From an uncultured Alteromonadaceae bacterium (lineage in GTDB: Bacteria > Pseudomonadota > Gammaproteobacteria > Pseudomonadales > Halieaceae), in NCBI GenBank assembly GCA_964438205.1, contig CAYTJQ010000006.1, forward strand, positions 19,594 to 83,593: a stretch of 64,000 bases of DNA, written 5' to 3'. The notes beneath the pieces were generated by a model that had not been told where the DNA came from, made no database searches, and worked only from the letters and a program-made list of their open reading frames with translations. The translations under genes were made by a program, and so were the position numbers. Positions 19,096-29,825 of the stretch are shown here, piece after piece (the stretch's first letter is position 1; every line of letters begins with the position of its first letter).

Positions 19096-20755
19096 AAACG
19101 CGCTCCTTGAAGGGTTGCATACCGATGCGGCGCAGGGTTTGCAGGAAGGTTTCTTCCTCGAGGCGGTGGTCGAGATAGACACGCAGCAGGGTCTCGATCA
19201 CGTCGGGCATGTCCTCGCGGCGGAAGGACGGCCCGAGGATCGCCCCGAGGCTAGCGGCCTTGCCCTGGTTGCCGCCGAGGGAGACCTGGAAAAACTCCTC
19301 GCCCTTCTTGTCCACGCCGAGGATACCGATGTGGCCGATATGGTGATGGCCGCAGGCGTTCATGCAGCCGCTGATATTGAGCTCCAGGGGGCCGATGTCA
19401 TAGAGGTAGTCGAGATCCTCGAAGCGGGCCTGGATGGCCTCGGCCACGGGGATCGACTTGGCATTGGCCAGGGAGCAGAAGTCGCCCCCGGGGCAGCAGA
19501 TCATGTCCGTGAGGTAGCCGGCATTGGGGCAGGCGAGCCCCACGGCCTGCAGCCCCCGCCAGAGCGGCAGCAGGTCACTCTCGCGCACATCGGCGAGCAC
19601 GATATTCTGCTGGTGCGTGGTGCGCAGCTGGCCGAAGCTGTAGGCCTCGCAGAGGTCGGCGAGCCGGTCGAGCTGGGCCGCGGAGATATCCCCGGGCGGG
19701 TTGCCCGTGGCCTTGAGGGACACCGTGACGGCCCGGTAGCCGGGGACCTGGTGGGCGTGGCTGTTGCGCCGGACCCAGTTGGCGAAGATCGGTTCGCTGG
19801 CGCTGTGTGCCTCGAGCACGGCCGCCTCACCGGCGGCGTCAACGCTGGCGTAGGCCGGCCCGCTGAAGAAGGCGGCGATGCGGTCGATCTCCGCATCGGG
19901 GAGCGTGGCAGGACCGTCGCGCAGGCGCTCCCACTCGGCCTCGACCGCAGCCGTGAACGCCGCCACGCCCATGGCTTTTACCAGGATCTTGATCCGCGCC
20001 TTGTACTTGTTGTCCCGGCGCCCGTGCAGGTTGTAGACGCGCAGGATGGCCTCGAGGTAGGAGAGCAGGTGCCGGCGCTCGAGGAAGGGCCGGATCTCGC
20101 TGCCGATGACCGGCGTGCGGCCGAGGCCGCCGCCCACGAGCACGCGAAAACCGTTCTCGCCAGCCGTCTCGCCACGAGGCCCGGGCACGATCTCGAGGCC
20201 GATGTCGTGGCTGTGGATCGCCGCCCGATCCTCGCGGCTCCCGCACACGGCGATCTTGAACTTTCGCGGCAGGAACGCGAACTCCGGGTGCAGGGTGGAC
20301 CACTGGCGGATGATCTCGCACCAGGGCCGCGGGTCCTCGAGTTCGTCGGCCGCGACGCCGGCCAGCGGGTCCGTCGTGGTATTGCGGATGCAGTTGCCGC
20401 TGGTCTGGATGGCGTGCATCTGCACGCTGGCGAGCTCGGCGAGGATGTCCGGCACGTCCTCGATGCGGGGCCAGTTGATCTGCACGTTCTGGCGGGTGCT
20501 GATGTGCGCGTAGCCCTTGTCGTAGTGCCGGGTAAGGTACGCGAGCTTGCGCACCTGCCGCGCGTCGAGGAGGCCGTAGGGGACCGCGATGCGCAGCATC
20601 GGCGCCAGGCGCTGCACGTACAGGCCGTTCTGCAGGCGCAGGGGCAGGAACTCCGCCTCCCCCAACTCGCCGCGCAGGTAGCGCTCGGTCTGGTCGCGGA
20701 ACTGGTCGACGCGCTCATCGACGAGGCGCTGGTCGTAGTCGTCGTAGCGGTACAT
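19073..20755 (-). CDS. cysI: Assimilatory sulfite reductase hemoprotein (nitrite/sulfite reductase family)
   Basis: 560 aa with siroheme/4Fe-4S Cys cluster motifs MICCPGGDFCSLA and SGCMNACGHHHIGHIGILG. Confidence 0.9.
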   Translation of the reverse strand: MYRYDDYDQRLVDERVDQFRDQTERYLRGELGEAEFLPLRLQNGLYVQRLAPMLRIAVPYGLLDARQVRKLAYLTRHYDKGYAHISTRQNVQINWPRIEDVPDILAELASVQMHAIQTSGNCIRNTTTDPLAGVAADELEDPRPWCEIIRQWSTLHPEFAFLPRKFKIAVCGSREDRAAIHSHDIGLEIVPGPRGETAGENGFRVLVGGGLGRTPVIGSEIRPFLERRHLLSYLEAILRVYNLHGRRDNKYKARIKILVKAMGVAAFTAAVEAEWERLRDGPATLPDAEIDRIAAFFSGPAYASVDAAGEAAVLEAHSASEPIFANWVRRNSHAHQVPGYRAVTVSLKATGNPPGDISAAQLDRLADLCEAYSFGQLRTTHQQNIVLADVRESDLLPLWRGLQAVGLACPNAGYLTDMICCPGGDFCSLANAKSIPVAEAIQARFEDLDYLYDIGPLELNISGCMNACGHHHIGHIGILGVDKKGEEFFQVSLGGNQGKAASLGAILGPSFRREDMPDVIETLLRVYLDHRLEEETFLQTLRRIGMQPFKERVYDNGNAR

Positions 20756-20864
20756 GGGGTCATCGGGTCTCGGGACTTCGGCGGCACTCTAGCAGAATAA
20801 GCGCCAGGCTGGTTATTCGATTTCTACTTAAGCTTAGAACGGGGCCGCCGGCGTCGCCGGGCCC

Positions 20865-20892
20865 TTGGGAAAGCCGCGGCCCCTGCTATAAT
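20865..20892 (+). promoter_or_regulatory. Sigma70-type promoter candidate
   Basis: TTGGGA-N16-TATAAT. The -10 lies within CTGCTATAAT, a decamer that recurs upstream of nfuA. Confidence 0.4.
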
Positions 20893-20987
20893 GCGCGCGC
20901 CCGCCGGACGGGCTGCGACCCTGCGCGGCGACTGAACGACCGCTCGGCGAGCGACAAGACAACCAGGATTTAAGGACGAGCAAGCCC

Positions 20988-21101
20988 ATGGCATCCCGGA
21001 GCAACGGCAGTGACGGCGCGGCAGACGCGATAGCAGTAACGGCGATCATCGCCATCGCGGTCTTCGGCCTCTACCTGTGGCTGTCGGGCATGCCCGGCTA
21101 G
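20988..21101 (+). CDS. Unannotated small membrane protein (37 aa)
   Basis: MASRSNGSDGAADAIAVTAIIAIAVFGLYLWLSGMPG. AAGGA/GAG lies upstream, about 80% of codons are GC-ending (hand count), and there is one TM helix. It is below the track's length cut-off. Confidence 0.4.
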   Translation: MASRSNGSDGAADAIAVTAIIAIAVFGLYLWLSGMPG

Positions 21102-21121
21102 CCCCCGGACCCTCGCGCCGC

Positions 21122-21454
21122 TCAGCCGGCGCCGGCCAGCACCAGCTTTACCACCGTCAGCACGGCGCCGATGAACAGCGCCGTGAAAATGAGGCCCGCC
21201 GCGATGAAAGTGCCGGCGCGCCCCTGGCGGAAATCCCGCTCGCGGTTGCGGCTGCTCTGCACCCCGAGGCCGGCGGCGAAGACGCTGCTCACCACCTGCA
21301 GGGCCCCGAGGCCCTTCCTTTCCTCCGGTTCCCGGTCGGTTTCCTGTGCCCCGGGCGACGCACCATTGGCGCCCTGTTCCCGGCTGTCCTGTGCCGGGGT
21401 TCCCTGTTCTGCGCTGGCCCGTCCTTCGGCGGCGCTGTCGTTCCGGTCTTCCAT
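21122..21454 (-). CDS. DUF2970 family membrane protein
   Basis: C-terminal LQVVSSVFAAGLGVQSSRNRERDF....FIAAGLIFTALFIGAVL pattern. It lies 9 nt downstream of metH. Confidence 0.6.
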   Translation of the reverse strand: MEDRNDSAAEGRASAEQGTPAQDSREQGANGASPGAQETDREPEERKGLGALQVVSSVFAAGLGVQSSRNRERDFRQGRAGTFIAAGLIFTALFIGAVLTVVKLVLAGAG

Positions 21455-21463
21455 GCGTGTCCC

Positions 21464-24400
21464 CTAGTCCAGGTTGGGCGCAAGCCAGCGGGCCAGCTCG
21501 TCCACGGCCATCCCCTTGCGGGCGGCGAGGTCCTCGAGCTGGTCCCGCCCGATCTTGCCCACGTTGAAGTACCGCGAGTCCGGGTGGGCGAAGTACCAGC
21601 CGCTCACGGAGGCGGCCGGCGTCATGGCATAGCTCTCCGAAAGCGTCACCCCGCAGCGGCGCGGCGCATCGAGCAGGTCGAAGAGGGTGGCCTTCTCCGT
21701 GTGATCCGGGCAGGCCGGGTAGCCGGGGGCCGGCCGGATACCCCGGTAGCGCTCGCGGATCAAGGCCACGTTGTCCAGCTCCTCGTCCGGCGCATAACCC
21801 CAGAGTTCGCGGCGCACCTGCCGGTGCAGGTACTCGGCGAGGGACTCGGCCAGGCGGTCGGCCAGGGCCTTGAGGAGAATGCTGTTGTAGTCATCGTGGG
21901 CCGCCTCATAAGCCGCGGCCCGCTCGGCCACGCCGTGGCCCGCCGTTACGCAGAAGCCGCCGACATAGTCCGCCAGGCCCACCGGGGCGACGAAATCCGC
22001 AAGGCTGTAGTTCGGGTCGTCGTTGCCCTTTTTCGTCTGCTGGCGCAGCTGGTGCAGCCGCGCAAGGGGCGTGTCGCGGGTCTCGTCCTCGAAGACGACG
22101 ATATCGTCACCGTCCGCGTTCGCGGGCCAGAAGCCGACGGCTGCCCGCGCCGTGAGCCAGCCCTCGTCGATGATCTGCGAGAGCATCGCCTCGGCGTCGC
22201 GGTAGAGCTCCCGTGCCTGCTCGCCGACCACGGCGTCGTCGAGGATCGCCGGGAACTTGCCGGACAGCTCCCAGGTGAGGAAGAAGGGCGTCCAGTCGAT
22301 GGTGTCGACGAGATCCCCGAGGGGAAACGCCGCCCAGTCGCGCACACCGAGGAAGCTGGGCCGGGGCGGAGTATAGGCGGACCAGTCCGGGGAGAAGCGA
22401 TTGCCGAGGGCGTCAGCGTAGGGGAGCCGGGGCGCCCGCGGCTTGCGGTTCGCCACGCGCTCGCGCACCTCCGCATACTCCGCCCGGCGCGCGGCCACGA
22501 AGCTGTCCCTACCCCGGCCGGCGAGCTGCGTGGCGACGGCAACGCTGCGCGAGGCATCCGGCACATAGATCACCGCATCGTTCTCGTAGGCCGGCTCGAT
22601 CTTCACCGCCGTGTGCGCCTTCGACGTCGTCGCGCCGCCGATCATCAGCGGGACGTCGAAGCCCTGGCGCTGCATTTCCGAGGCGACGTGGACCATCTCG
22701 TCCAGGGACGGCGTGATCAGGCCGGAGAGGCCGATGATGTCGACCTGTTCCTCCTTCGCGACGCGGAGAATCTTCTCGCAGTGCACCATCACCCCCAGGT
22801 CGATGACCTCGAAGTTGTTGCACTGCAGCACGACGCCGACGATGTTCTTGCCGATGTCATGCACGTCTCCCTTGACCGTGGCCATGAGGATCCTGCCGTT
22901 GGGCTTCGAGCCCTCGCGCTTCTCCGCCTCGATGTAGGGTTGCAGGTAGGCGACCGCCTGCTTCATGACCCGGGCGCTCTTCACGACCTGCGGCAGGAAC
23001 ATCTTGCCCTCGCCGAAGAGGTCCCCGACGACGTTCATGCCGTCCATGAGCGGCCCCTCGATGACCTCGATGGGATGGTCGACGGTCAGGCGGGCCGCTT
23101 CCGCGTCTTCCTCGATGTAACTGTTGATGCCCTTGACCAGCGCGTGCTCGAGGCGCCGGGCAACCGGCCACTCGCGCCAGGCCAGGTCTTCCTTGCGCTC
23201 GCTGCCCCTGCCGTCACCCCGGTAGCGTTCGGCGAGCTCGAGGAGCCGCTCCGTGCCGTCCTCGCGGCGGTTGAGGACGACATCCTCGACGCCTTCACGC
23301 AGTTCCTTCGGCAGTTCGTCATACACCGCGAGCTGGCCGGCGTTGACGATACCCATGTCCATGCCGGCACGGATCGCGTGGTAGAGGAAGACCGAGTGAA
23401 TGGCCTCCCGCACCGTGTTGTTGCCGCGGAAGGAGAAGGACACATTGGACACGCCGCCGGAGACCAGGGCCCCGGGGAGCTCCGCCTTGATGAAGCGCGT
23501 TGCCTCGATGAAGTCCACGGCGTAGTTGTTGTGCTCGGCGATGCCCGTGGCGACCGCGAAAATGTTCGGATCGAAGATGATATCGTTCGGGTTGAAGTCG
23601 AGGCGCTCGCGGAGCAGGTCGTAGCTGCGCCGGCAGATCGCCTTGCGCCGCTCGAGGGTGTCGGCCTGGCCGTTCTCGTCAAAGGCCATGACCACCACGG
23701 CGGCGCCGTAGCGCTGGCACAGCCGGGCCTGCTCGAGGAACTCTTCCTCGCCGGCCTTGAGGCTGATGGAGTTCACCACGGCTTTCCCCTGCACGCACTT
23801 CAGGCCCGCCTCGATCACGGACCAGCGCGAGGAGTCGATCATCAGCGGCACGCGGGAGATGTCCGGTTCCGACGCCACCAGGCGCAGGAAGGTGACCATG
23901 GCCGCCTCGGCATCGAGCATGCCCTCGTCCATGTTCACGTCGATGACCAGGGCGCCGTCCTCGACCTGCGTGCGCGCCACGTCCAGGGCGGTCGCGTAGT
24001 CGCCCTCGAGGACCAGGCGCTTGAAGCGGGCCGACCCGGTGACATTGCAGCGTTCGCCCACGTTGACGAAGAGTGTGTCGGCGCCGATGTTGAAGGGCTC
24101 GAGGCCGCTCAGCCGGCAGGCCGGCGGGCGCTGGGGAAGCGGGCGCGGGGCGACGCCCTCCACCGCCGCGGCGATGGCGGCGATGTGCTCGGGCCCCGTG
24201 CCGCAGCAGCCGCCGGCGAGGTTGAGGAAGCCGCGGCGGGCAAAGTCGCGGAACTCCGCCTCCATGTCCGAGGGCTGCTCGTCGTACTCGCCGAAGGCAT
24301 TCGGCAGCCCGGCATTGAGATGCGCGGAGAAGTAGCAGTCCACCGCGTTAGCGAGTTCCTCCAGGAAAGGCCGGACTTCCGCGAAGCGGCGTCCGCAGTT

Positions 24401-25159
24401 GCTGCCGACGATGAGGGGCCGGGCGTGGGCGATGGCGTTCCAGAAGGCCTCCGGGCGCTGGCCGGAGAGGTTGCGGCCGCTGGTATCCGGGAAGGTCACG
24501 GAGATCATCAGCGGCAGGGCCTCGCCGCGGGCCTCGAACACGTCCTGGGCGGCAAAGATGGCGGCCTTGGCGTTCAGCGTGTCGAAGACTGTCTCGATCA
24601 TGAGCAGGTCCACGCCACCGTCCAGCAGGCCTTCCACCGCCTCGCGGTAGTCCCCGGCCAGGGTATCGAAATCGATATTGCGCGCGCCGGGATCGTTGAC
24701 GTCGGGGGAGATGGACGCCGTGCGGGGCGTGGGGCCCAGGACGCCGGCCACGTAGCGCCGGCGCCGGGGGTCTTCCGCCATGGCCGCGTCGGCGGCGGCG
24801 CGGGCGATGCGCGCGCCCTCGACGTTGAGTTCCCGTGCCAGCGCCTCCAGGCCGTAGTCGCCCTGGGCCACGGCGGTACTGTTGAAGGTATTGGTCTCGA
24901 TGATGTCCGCGCCCGCGGCGAGGTAGGCCTCGTGGATGCGGCGTACCACGTCCGGGCGGGTCAGCGACAGCAGGTCGTTGTTGCCCTTGAGATCACCCGG
25001 GTGGTCGTCGAAACGCTCGCCGCGGTAGTCGGCCTCGACCAGCCCCTCGCCCTGGATCATCGTGCCCATGGCGCCGTCGATCACGAGGATGCGGGCGTCG
25101 AGCTGCGCGCGCAGCTCACGGTCGATGGGGCTGATCCTGGGCGCTGTGTCGATGGCCAC
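21464..25159 (-). CDS. metH: Cobalamin-dependent methionine synthase
   Basis: 1231 aa covering the Hcy-binding, pterin-binding, B12-binding ([11 protein letters not shown]) and AdoMet activation domains. GTG start. Confidence 0.97.
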   Translation of the reverse strand: MAIDTAPRISPIDRELRAQLDARILVIDGAMGTMIQGEGLVEADYRGERFDDHPGDLKGNNDLLSLTRPDVVRRIHEAYLAAGADIIETNTFNSTAVAQGDYGLEALARELNVEGARIARAAADAAMAEDPRRRRYVAGVLGPTPRTASISPDVNDPGARNIDFDTLAGDYREAVEGLLDGGVDLLMIETVFDTLNAKAAIFAAQDVFEARGEALPLMISVTFPDTSGRNLSGQRPEAFWNAIAHARPLIVGSNCGRRFAEVRPFLEELANAVDCYFSAHLNAGLPNAFGEYDEQPSDMEAEFRDFARRGFLNLAGGCCGTGPEHIAAIAAAVEGVAPRPLPQRPPACRLSGLEPFNIGADTLFVNVGERCNVTGSARFKRLVLEGDYATALDVARTQVEDGALVIDVNMDEGMLDAEAAMVTFLRLVASEPDISRVPLMIDSSRWSVIEAGLKCVQGKAVVNSISLKAGEEEFLEQARLCQRYGAAVVVMAFDENGQADTLERRKAICRRSYDLLRERLDFNPNDIIFDPNIFAVATGIAEHNNYAVDFIEATRFIKAELPGALVSGGVSNVSFSFRGNNTVREAIHSVFLYHAIRAGMDMGIVNAGQLAVYDELPKELREGVEDVVLNRREDGTERLLELAERYRGDGRGSERKEDLAWREWPVARRLEHALVKGINSYIEEDAEAARLTVDHPIEVIEGPLMDGMNVVGDLFGEGKMFLPQVVKSARVMKQAVAYLQPYIEAEKREGSKPNGRILMATVKGDVHDIGKNIVGVVLQCNNFEVIDLGVMVHCEKILRVAKEEQVDIIGLSGLITPSLDEMVHVASEMQRQGFDVPLMIGGATTSKAHTAVKIEPAYENDAVIYVPDASRSVAVATQLAGRGRDSFVAARRAEYAEVRERVANRKPRAPRLPYADALGNRFSPDWSAYTPPRPSFLGVRDWAAFPLGDLVDTIDWTPFFLTWELSGKFPAILDDAVVGEQARELYRDAEAMLSQIIDEGWLTARAAVGFWPANADGDDIVVFEDETRDTPLARLHQLRQQTKKGNDDPNYSLADFVAPVGLADYVGGFCVTAGHGVAERAAAYEAAHDDYNSILLKALADRLAESLAEYLHRQVRRELWGYAPDEELDNVALIRERYRGIRPAPGYPACPDHTEKATLFDLLDAPRRCGVTLSESYAMTPAASVSGWYFAHPDSRYFNVGKIGRDQLEDLAARKGMAVDELARWLAPNLD

Positions 25160-25317
25160 GGGTACCTCTGGCTGGTTGTGGTTGCCCCCGGAGCGGGCCG
25201 GGAGGGCGGCGGTGAAAAGCGGCGTAGTCTAGCAGAAAGGCGGCCATGGGGCTGGTTTCCCGCCCTTCGTCGGCTGTCCGCCGGGCGGGCGCTTGCGCGC
25301 GCCCCGGCGGGGCCTGC

Positions 25318-25323
25318 TATAAT
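25318..25323 (+). promoter_or_regulatory. -10 element candidate for nfuA
   Basis: TATAAT within CTGCTATAAT, 35 nt upstream of the nfuA ATG. No convincing -35. Confidence 0.35.
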
Positions 25324-25357
25324 ACCCGAGTAAATCACTCAGGAAGAAGCGTCGACT

Positions 25358-25933
25358 ATGATCACCATCACGGAAGCCGCCCAGGACTACCTCGCGGAGC
25401 TGCTTGGCAAGCAGGAGGACGCGCTCGGTGTACGCGTCTTCATCAACCAGCCGGGCACGCCGAGGGCGGAGACCTGCATTGCCTATTGCCGGGAGGGCGA
25501 TGTTCGCGAGGAGGACCTGGAGCACAAGTTCGACAAGCTCACGGCGTGGTTCGAGCCGCGCAGCGTACCCTTCCTGGAGGATGCCCTGGTCGATTTCGCC
25601 AAGGACCGCATGGGCGGCCAGCTCACGATCAAGGCGCCCAATGCGAAGATGCCGCGGGTGGGCGATGACAGCCCCCTCGAGGACCGGATCAACTACATTC
25701 TCTATAACGAGATCAACCCGTCGCTGGCGGCGCACGGCGGCGAGGTGAGTCTCGTCGAGGTCACCGGCGACAGCTTTGCCGTGCTCCAGTTCGGCGGTGG
25801 CTGCCAGGGCTGCAGCGCGGTGGACATCACGCTGAAGAACGGCGTCGAGCGCGCGCTGCTGGATCAGCTGCCGCAGCTGGCCGGCGTGCGCGACGTCACC
25901 GACCACACGGACCGCAGCCAGGCCTACTACTGA
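25358..25933 (+). CDS. nfuA: Fe-S cluster carrier protein NfuA
   Basis: 191 aa with an N-terminal degenerate A-type domain and a C-terminal Nfu domain carrying CQGC ([16 protein letters not shown]). Confidence 0.9.
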   Translation: MITITEAAQDYLAELLGKQEDALGVRVFINQPGTPRAETCIAYCREGDVREEDLEHKFDKLTAWFEPRSVPFLEDALVDFAKDRMGGQLTIKAPNAKMPRVGDDSPLEDRINYILYNEINPSLAAHGGEVSLVEVTGDSFAVLQFGGGCQGCSAVDITLKNGVERALLDQLPQLAGVRDVTDHTDRSQAYY

Positions 25934-27033
25934 CCGGCGGTCCCGGCGGCGCCCCGGCGCCGCGCCGGCAGCAGCTCCCGGAGCGCTGCATCGGCATCCC
26001 GCAGGCAGCGTTCCGTTTCCTCCCAGCCGATACAGCCGTCCGTGATCGACACCCCGTAGGCGAGCTCCGACGGCGCTGCCAGCGGCTGGCTGCCCGCATT
26101 CAGGTGGCTCTCTATCATCAGCCCGACGATCGACTCATTGCCCTCGAGGATCTGGTTCACCACGTTCTCGACGACCAGCGGCTGGAGCTCGGGCTGCTTG
26201 TTCGAGTTGGCATGGCTGCAGTCCACCATGATGTTGGTCGAGAGGCCGGCCTCGGCGAGTGCCACCTCGGCAAGCTTCACGTGTACCGAGTCGTAGTTCG
26301 GGCCCTGGGAGCCGCCGCGCAGCACGATGTGCCCGTAGCGGTTGCCGCGGGTGGTGTACACGGAGACCCGACCCTCGTGGTTGATGCCGAGGAAACGGTG
26401 CGGGCGGGCCGCGGACTTGAGCGCATTGGTCGCTACGGTCAGGCTGCCGTCCGTCCCGTTCTTGAAGCCCACGGCGGAGGACAGGCCGCTGGCCATCTCG
26501 CGGTGAGTCTGGGACTCGGTGGTGCGCGCGCCGATCGCCGACCAGGCGATGAGATCCTGCAGGTACTGCGGTGAGATCGGGTCGAGGGCCTCGGTGGCCG
26601 TCGGCAGGCCGAGTTCGAGGATGTCCAGCAGCAGCCGCCGGCCGATGCGCAGGCCGTCCTCGATGCAGAAGGTATCGTCCATGTAGGGATCGTTGATCAG
26701 CCCCTTCCAGCCCACGGTGGTGCGCGGCTTCTCGAAGTAGGCGCGCATGACGATGAACAGCGTATCGCCGACCTCGTCCGCCAGGCCTTTGAGGCGGCCG
26801 GCGTATTCCATGGCTGCCTCGGGGTCGTGGATGGAGCAGGGACCCACGACGACGAAGAGACGCGGGTCCTTCCCGTCGAGGATGTCGCGGATGACCTGGC
26901 GGCTGTGAGTGACGGTGGCCAGGGCCGTGTCACCGAGGGGGATGGCGCGCTTCAGCTCCGCCGGCGGGATAAGGACCTCCTGCCCGGCGACGTTGAGATT
27001 ATGGACCGAGTTCTGCGCTTCGTGTTCGCTCAT
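25927..27033 (-). CDS. 3-deoxy-7-phosphoheptulonate (DAHP) synthase, class I
   Basis: 368 aa with [15 protein letters not shown] and [10 protein letters not shown] motifs. The feedback isozyme type cannot be determined. Confidence 0.93.
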   Translation of the reverse strand: MSEHEAQNSVHNLNVAGQEVLIPPAELKRAIPLGDTALATVTHSRQVIRDILDGKDPRLFVVVGPCSIHDPEAAMEYAGRLKGLADEVGDTLFIVMRAYFEKPRTTVGWKGLINDPYMDDTFCIEDGLRIGRRLLLDILELGLPTATEALDPISPQYLQDLIAWSAIGARTTESQTHREMASGLSSAVGFKNGTDGSLTVATNALKSAARPHRFLGINHEGRVSVYTTRGNRYGHIVLRGGSQGPNYDSVHVKLAEVALAEAGLSTNIMVDCSHANSNKQPELQPLVVENVVNQILEGNESIVGLMIESHLNAGSQPLAAPSELAYGVSITDGCIGWEETERCLRDADAALRELLPARRRGAAGTAGQ

Positions 27034-27137
27034 GGCGGATTTCCTGACCTTCCTGCTAAAGTCCCTCCGGTGCGCAGAGGGCGCCGCATTCTAAAACAGC
27101 GGCGCCGGCTTTCACAGGATCGCCAGACAGGAGCCCG

Positions 27138-29825
27138 ATGGCCGCCAAACCCCTCTTCGACATCACGCCGCTGCTACCCTGGCTGTCGCGCGGCGACACG
27201 GTGCTCACCGCCAACCACCGGCTGGCGCGCTACATCCAGCGCGCCTGGGATGCGCATCAGCTCGCGTCCGGCGCGCAGGCCTGGGTCACGGCACCGGCGG
27301 CGGCGGTCGAGAGCTGGCTCCTGGCGCGCTGGGAAGCGGCGGTCGCTGCGGGCCGGCTGCCCCTGCGCCGCTGCCTCGAACCGGCCGCCATCCACTACCT
27401 GTGGCGGCGGGTCATCGTCGCCGACGACGACGCTGACGCGGGGTTCACCCTTCTGCAGCCCGGGGAGGCGGCCCGGCTCGCGCAGCGGGCCCGCGACACG
27501 CTGCTTCGCTGGCGTATCGACTGCGGCGACGAGGCGATCCGGCAGCGCTTCCGCCTCGGCGGCGACAGCGCGCACTTTCTGCGCTGGCTCGACCGCTTCG
27601 AGGCGGAGCTGGCGCGCCTCGGCGCCGCGACCCCCGCCGACTGCCTCCGGGACCTCCTCGACGACCCGTCGCCGACCGCCGGGCCGCTCAAGCTGGTGGC
27701 CTGCGACGATCTCTCGCCGCTGGTCGATGCCTGCCTGGCGCGTCTCGGCGAGCCGCTCGAGGGAGTGCCGCTGGCGGCGCCCCGCGCGGCGCGGGAGGTG
27801 CGCTGCTATGCCGGGCAGCACGACGAGCTGCGGGCGATCGCCGGCTGGTGCGCGGAGCGCGCAGCGGCCCGGCCCGGCGCAAGGATCGGCGTGGTGCTGG
27901 ACGCGGACCCGGTGCGCCGGGCGGCGCTCGACTACCAGCTGCGGCGGGCCTTCGACTGCGTCGATGCCAACTACCACCAGCTGCCCGTCAACTACAGCGC
28001 CGGCCTCGCACTCGATCGCGTGCCGCTGGTGCGCGATGCCCTGGGCCTGCTCGCGCTGCTCGAGGGTACCGTGGACGTGCCGGGGGTCCTGGCCCTGTTG
28101 CGCTCCCGCTTCCTGCCGCTGCCGGACCGGGACGACCCGGCGATGGTGACGTTCGTGGAACGGCTGCGCGCTCTCGGCGCACGGCGCATCGAGCTCGGGC
28201 TGCTGCGCCACGAGGCCGGCCGCGCCGCGACCGCGCTGGGGCAGCGGCTGCTGGACCTGCGCGCCATGACGGAGCGTCCCGGGCGTCGGGATGGGCCCGG
28301 CTGGGTCGCGCTGTTCCGCCGGTTGCTGGCGGCCTTCGGCTGGCCGGGGGCGGGCCTCGACTCCCTCGAGTACCAGCAGCACGGGCTCTGGGAGGAGGCG
28401 CTTGCCAGCTTCGAGCGCTGCGCTGCCCTCGGCCCGCCGGTCGCTGCACCGGAGGCCCTGCAGCTGCTGCGCGAGTGCCTGGGACAGCGCGTCTTCCAGC
28501 CGAAGACCGCCGACACGGATATCCAGGTGCTCGGTGCCCTGGAGGCCGGCGGGCTTGCCTTCGACGCCCTGTGGGTCTCGGGCATGCATGCCGGCGCCTG
28601 GCCGGCACCGGCGCGGCCCAACCCGCTTATCCCCCTGTCCCTGCAGCGGCGCGAAAACATGCCCCAGTGCACGCCGGAAGGGGAGCATGCCTTTGCCAGC
28701 CGTCTGCTGGCGCGCTACGCCGGCGCGGTGGACAGCCTGGTCATGAGTACGGCCCTGGCGGCGGAGGGTGCGCCGCTGCTGCCGAGCCCCTACCTCGGCG
28801 ACCTGCCCGCGCCCGAGGAGACGCTCGCGGCCGGTGAACGGGCCTGGCAGGAGCGGCGGGATGCCCTGGTGCTCGAGGCCGTGGCGGACAGCCGCGCCCC
28901 GCCGGTGAACGAGGGCGGGGTGCGCGGTGGCGCCGGGCTGCTCGAGGCGCAGGCTGCCTGCCCCTTTCGCGCCTTCGCCCGCTACCGGCTGCGCCTTGCC
29001 GCACCGGAGAAGCCGGCAACCGGGCTCAATGCCCTGGAGCGCGGTGTGCTCCTGCACGGGGCGCTCTACAGCCTGTGGGGGGCCCTGGGTGACAGCGCAA
29101 GCCTGGCCGCGCTGGACGGGCCGGCCCGGCGCCGCCACTGCGAGGCCAGCGCGGCGGCCGCCATGGACGCGATCGGCCCGGAGCGGCGGCAGGTGGTCGG
29201 CGGCGCCTGCCTCAGCCTGGAGCAGGCCCGCCTCGCCGCCACGCTGGCGGCCTGGCTCGACGTCGAGGCGGCGCGGCCGGAGCCGTTCACCGTGCTTGCC
29301 CGGGAAGCGCCCGCTGAGCTGGAGCTCGGCGGCCTGCCGCTGAGCCTGAAGCTGGACCGCGTGGACCGGCTGGAGGACGGCGGCGAACTGGTCATCGACT
29401 ACAAGAGCGGCAGCACGCAGCTCGCCGGACTCTTCCGCGAGCGGATCGACAGTCCGCAGCTGCCGCTCTACAGCCTGGTCCGCGGCCCGGCGCTGACCGG
29501 CGTCGCCTTTGCCCAGCTGCGCCCCCGCGACCTGCGCCTGCGCGCCGCGGGCGTCGGCACGGCGCTCCCCGACCTGGAGAAGAACCTGGCCAGGTACCTT
29601 GCCGGCGATCCGAACTTGGAAGACTGGGAGGGGCTGCGGGACGCCTGGCGGGAACGCCTGGGCGCGCTGGCCGCGGAGGTCATGGCGGGCGAGGCAGCGG
29701 TGCAGCCCTTGGCCGCGGCCTGCCGCTACTGCGATCTCGCCAGCCTCTGCCGCATCGGCACCGTGGAGGACGCGGTTGCCGGCGAAGGCGAAGAGCGCGG
29801 AGCATTGCCGGGAGACGTTGCGTGA
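27138..29825 (+). CDS. AddB-like PD-(D/E)XK nuclease subunit (probable DNA repair protein)
   Basis: 895 aa with no Walker A. Its C-terminal nuclease region has a 4-Cys arrangement (ACPFRAF ... CRYCDLASLCR), like the AddB iron-sulfur staple. GTGA overlap with the helicase gene. Confidence 0.75.
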   Translation: MAAKPLFDITPLLPWLSRGDTVLTANHRLARYIQRAWDAHQLASGAQAWVTAPAAAVESWLLARWEAAVAAGRLPLRRCLEPAAIHYLWRRVIVADDDADAGFTLLQPGEAARLAQRARDTLLRWRIDCGDEAIRQRFRLGGDSAHFLRWLDRFEAELARLGAATPADCLRDLLDDPSPTAGPLKLVACDDLSPLVDACLARLGEPLEGVPLAAPRAAREVRCYAGQHDELRAIAGWCAERAAARPGARIGVVLDADPVRRAALDYQLRRAFDCVDANYHQLPVNYSAGLALDRVPLVRDALGLLALLEGTVDVPGVLALLRSRFLPLPDRDDPAMVTFVERLRALGARRIELGLLRHEAGRAATALGQRLLDLRAMTERPGRRDGPGWVALFRRLLAAFGWPGAGLDSLEYQQHGLWEEALASFERCAALGPPVAAPEALQLLRECLGQRVFQPKTADTDIQVLGALEAGGLAFDALWVSGMHAGAWPAPARPNPLIPLSLQRRENMPQCTPEGEHAFASRLLARYAGAVDSLVMSTALAAEGAPLLPSPYLGDLPAPEETLAAGERAWQERRDALVLEAVADSRAPPVNEGGVRGGAGLLEAQAACPFRAFARYRLRLAAPEKPATGLNALERGVLLHGALYSLWGALGDSASLAALDGPARRRHCEASAAAAMDAIGPERRQVVGGACLSLEQARLAATLAAWLDVEAARPEPFTVLAREAPAELELGGLPLSLKLDRVDRLEDGGELVIDYKSGSTQLAGLFRERIDSPQLPLYSLVRGPALTGVAFAQLRPRDLRLRAAGVGTALPDLEKNLARYLAGDPNLEDWEGLRDAWRERLGALAAEVMAGEAAVQPLAAACRYCDLASLCRIGTVEDAVAGEGEERGALPGDVA

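Noticed and set aside
18833-20800. A 655-aa plus-strand ORF opposite cysI. Similar long antisense ORFs occur at 2793-3926, 6223-7494, 7715-8911, 9810-10778, 10841-12013, 11903-12778, 12739-13839, 17265-18554, 27174-29846, 30653-32824, 32849-33895, 34971-36746, 37655-39613, 42900-43775, 43949-44896, 45487-47226, 47790-49130, 51199-52959, 53127-54647, 54448-56055, 55664-56797, 57652-58653, 58806-60050, 60081-60971, 61077-61946 and 62142-62891.
   Set aside because: Each mirrors a gene with strong family signatures on the other strand. Their translations are compositionally biased (R/G/A/P/H/Q/E runs) and lack any recognisable domain.
21077-25333. A 1418-aa ORF on the plus strand spanning the whole metH region.
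   Set aside because: It is exactly antisense to an unmistakable metH. Its product is Arg/Gly/Ala/Pro/Val-rich, low-complexity and without motifs. This is a typical antisense shadow ORF of high-GC DNA.
25160-25357. A cobalamin or SAM riboswitch upstream of metH.
   Set aside because: I could not find the conserved B12-box or SAM-I core sequences in the metH leader. B12 riboswitches normally control metE or btuB rather than metH.
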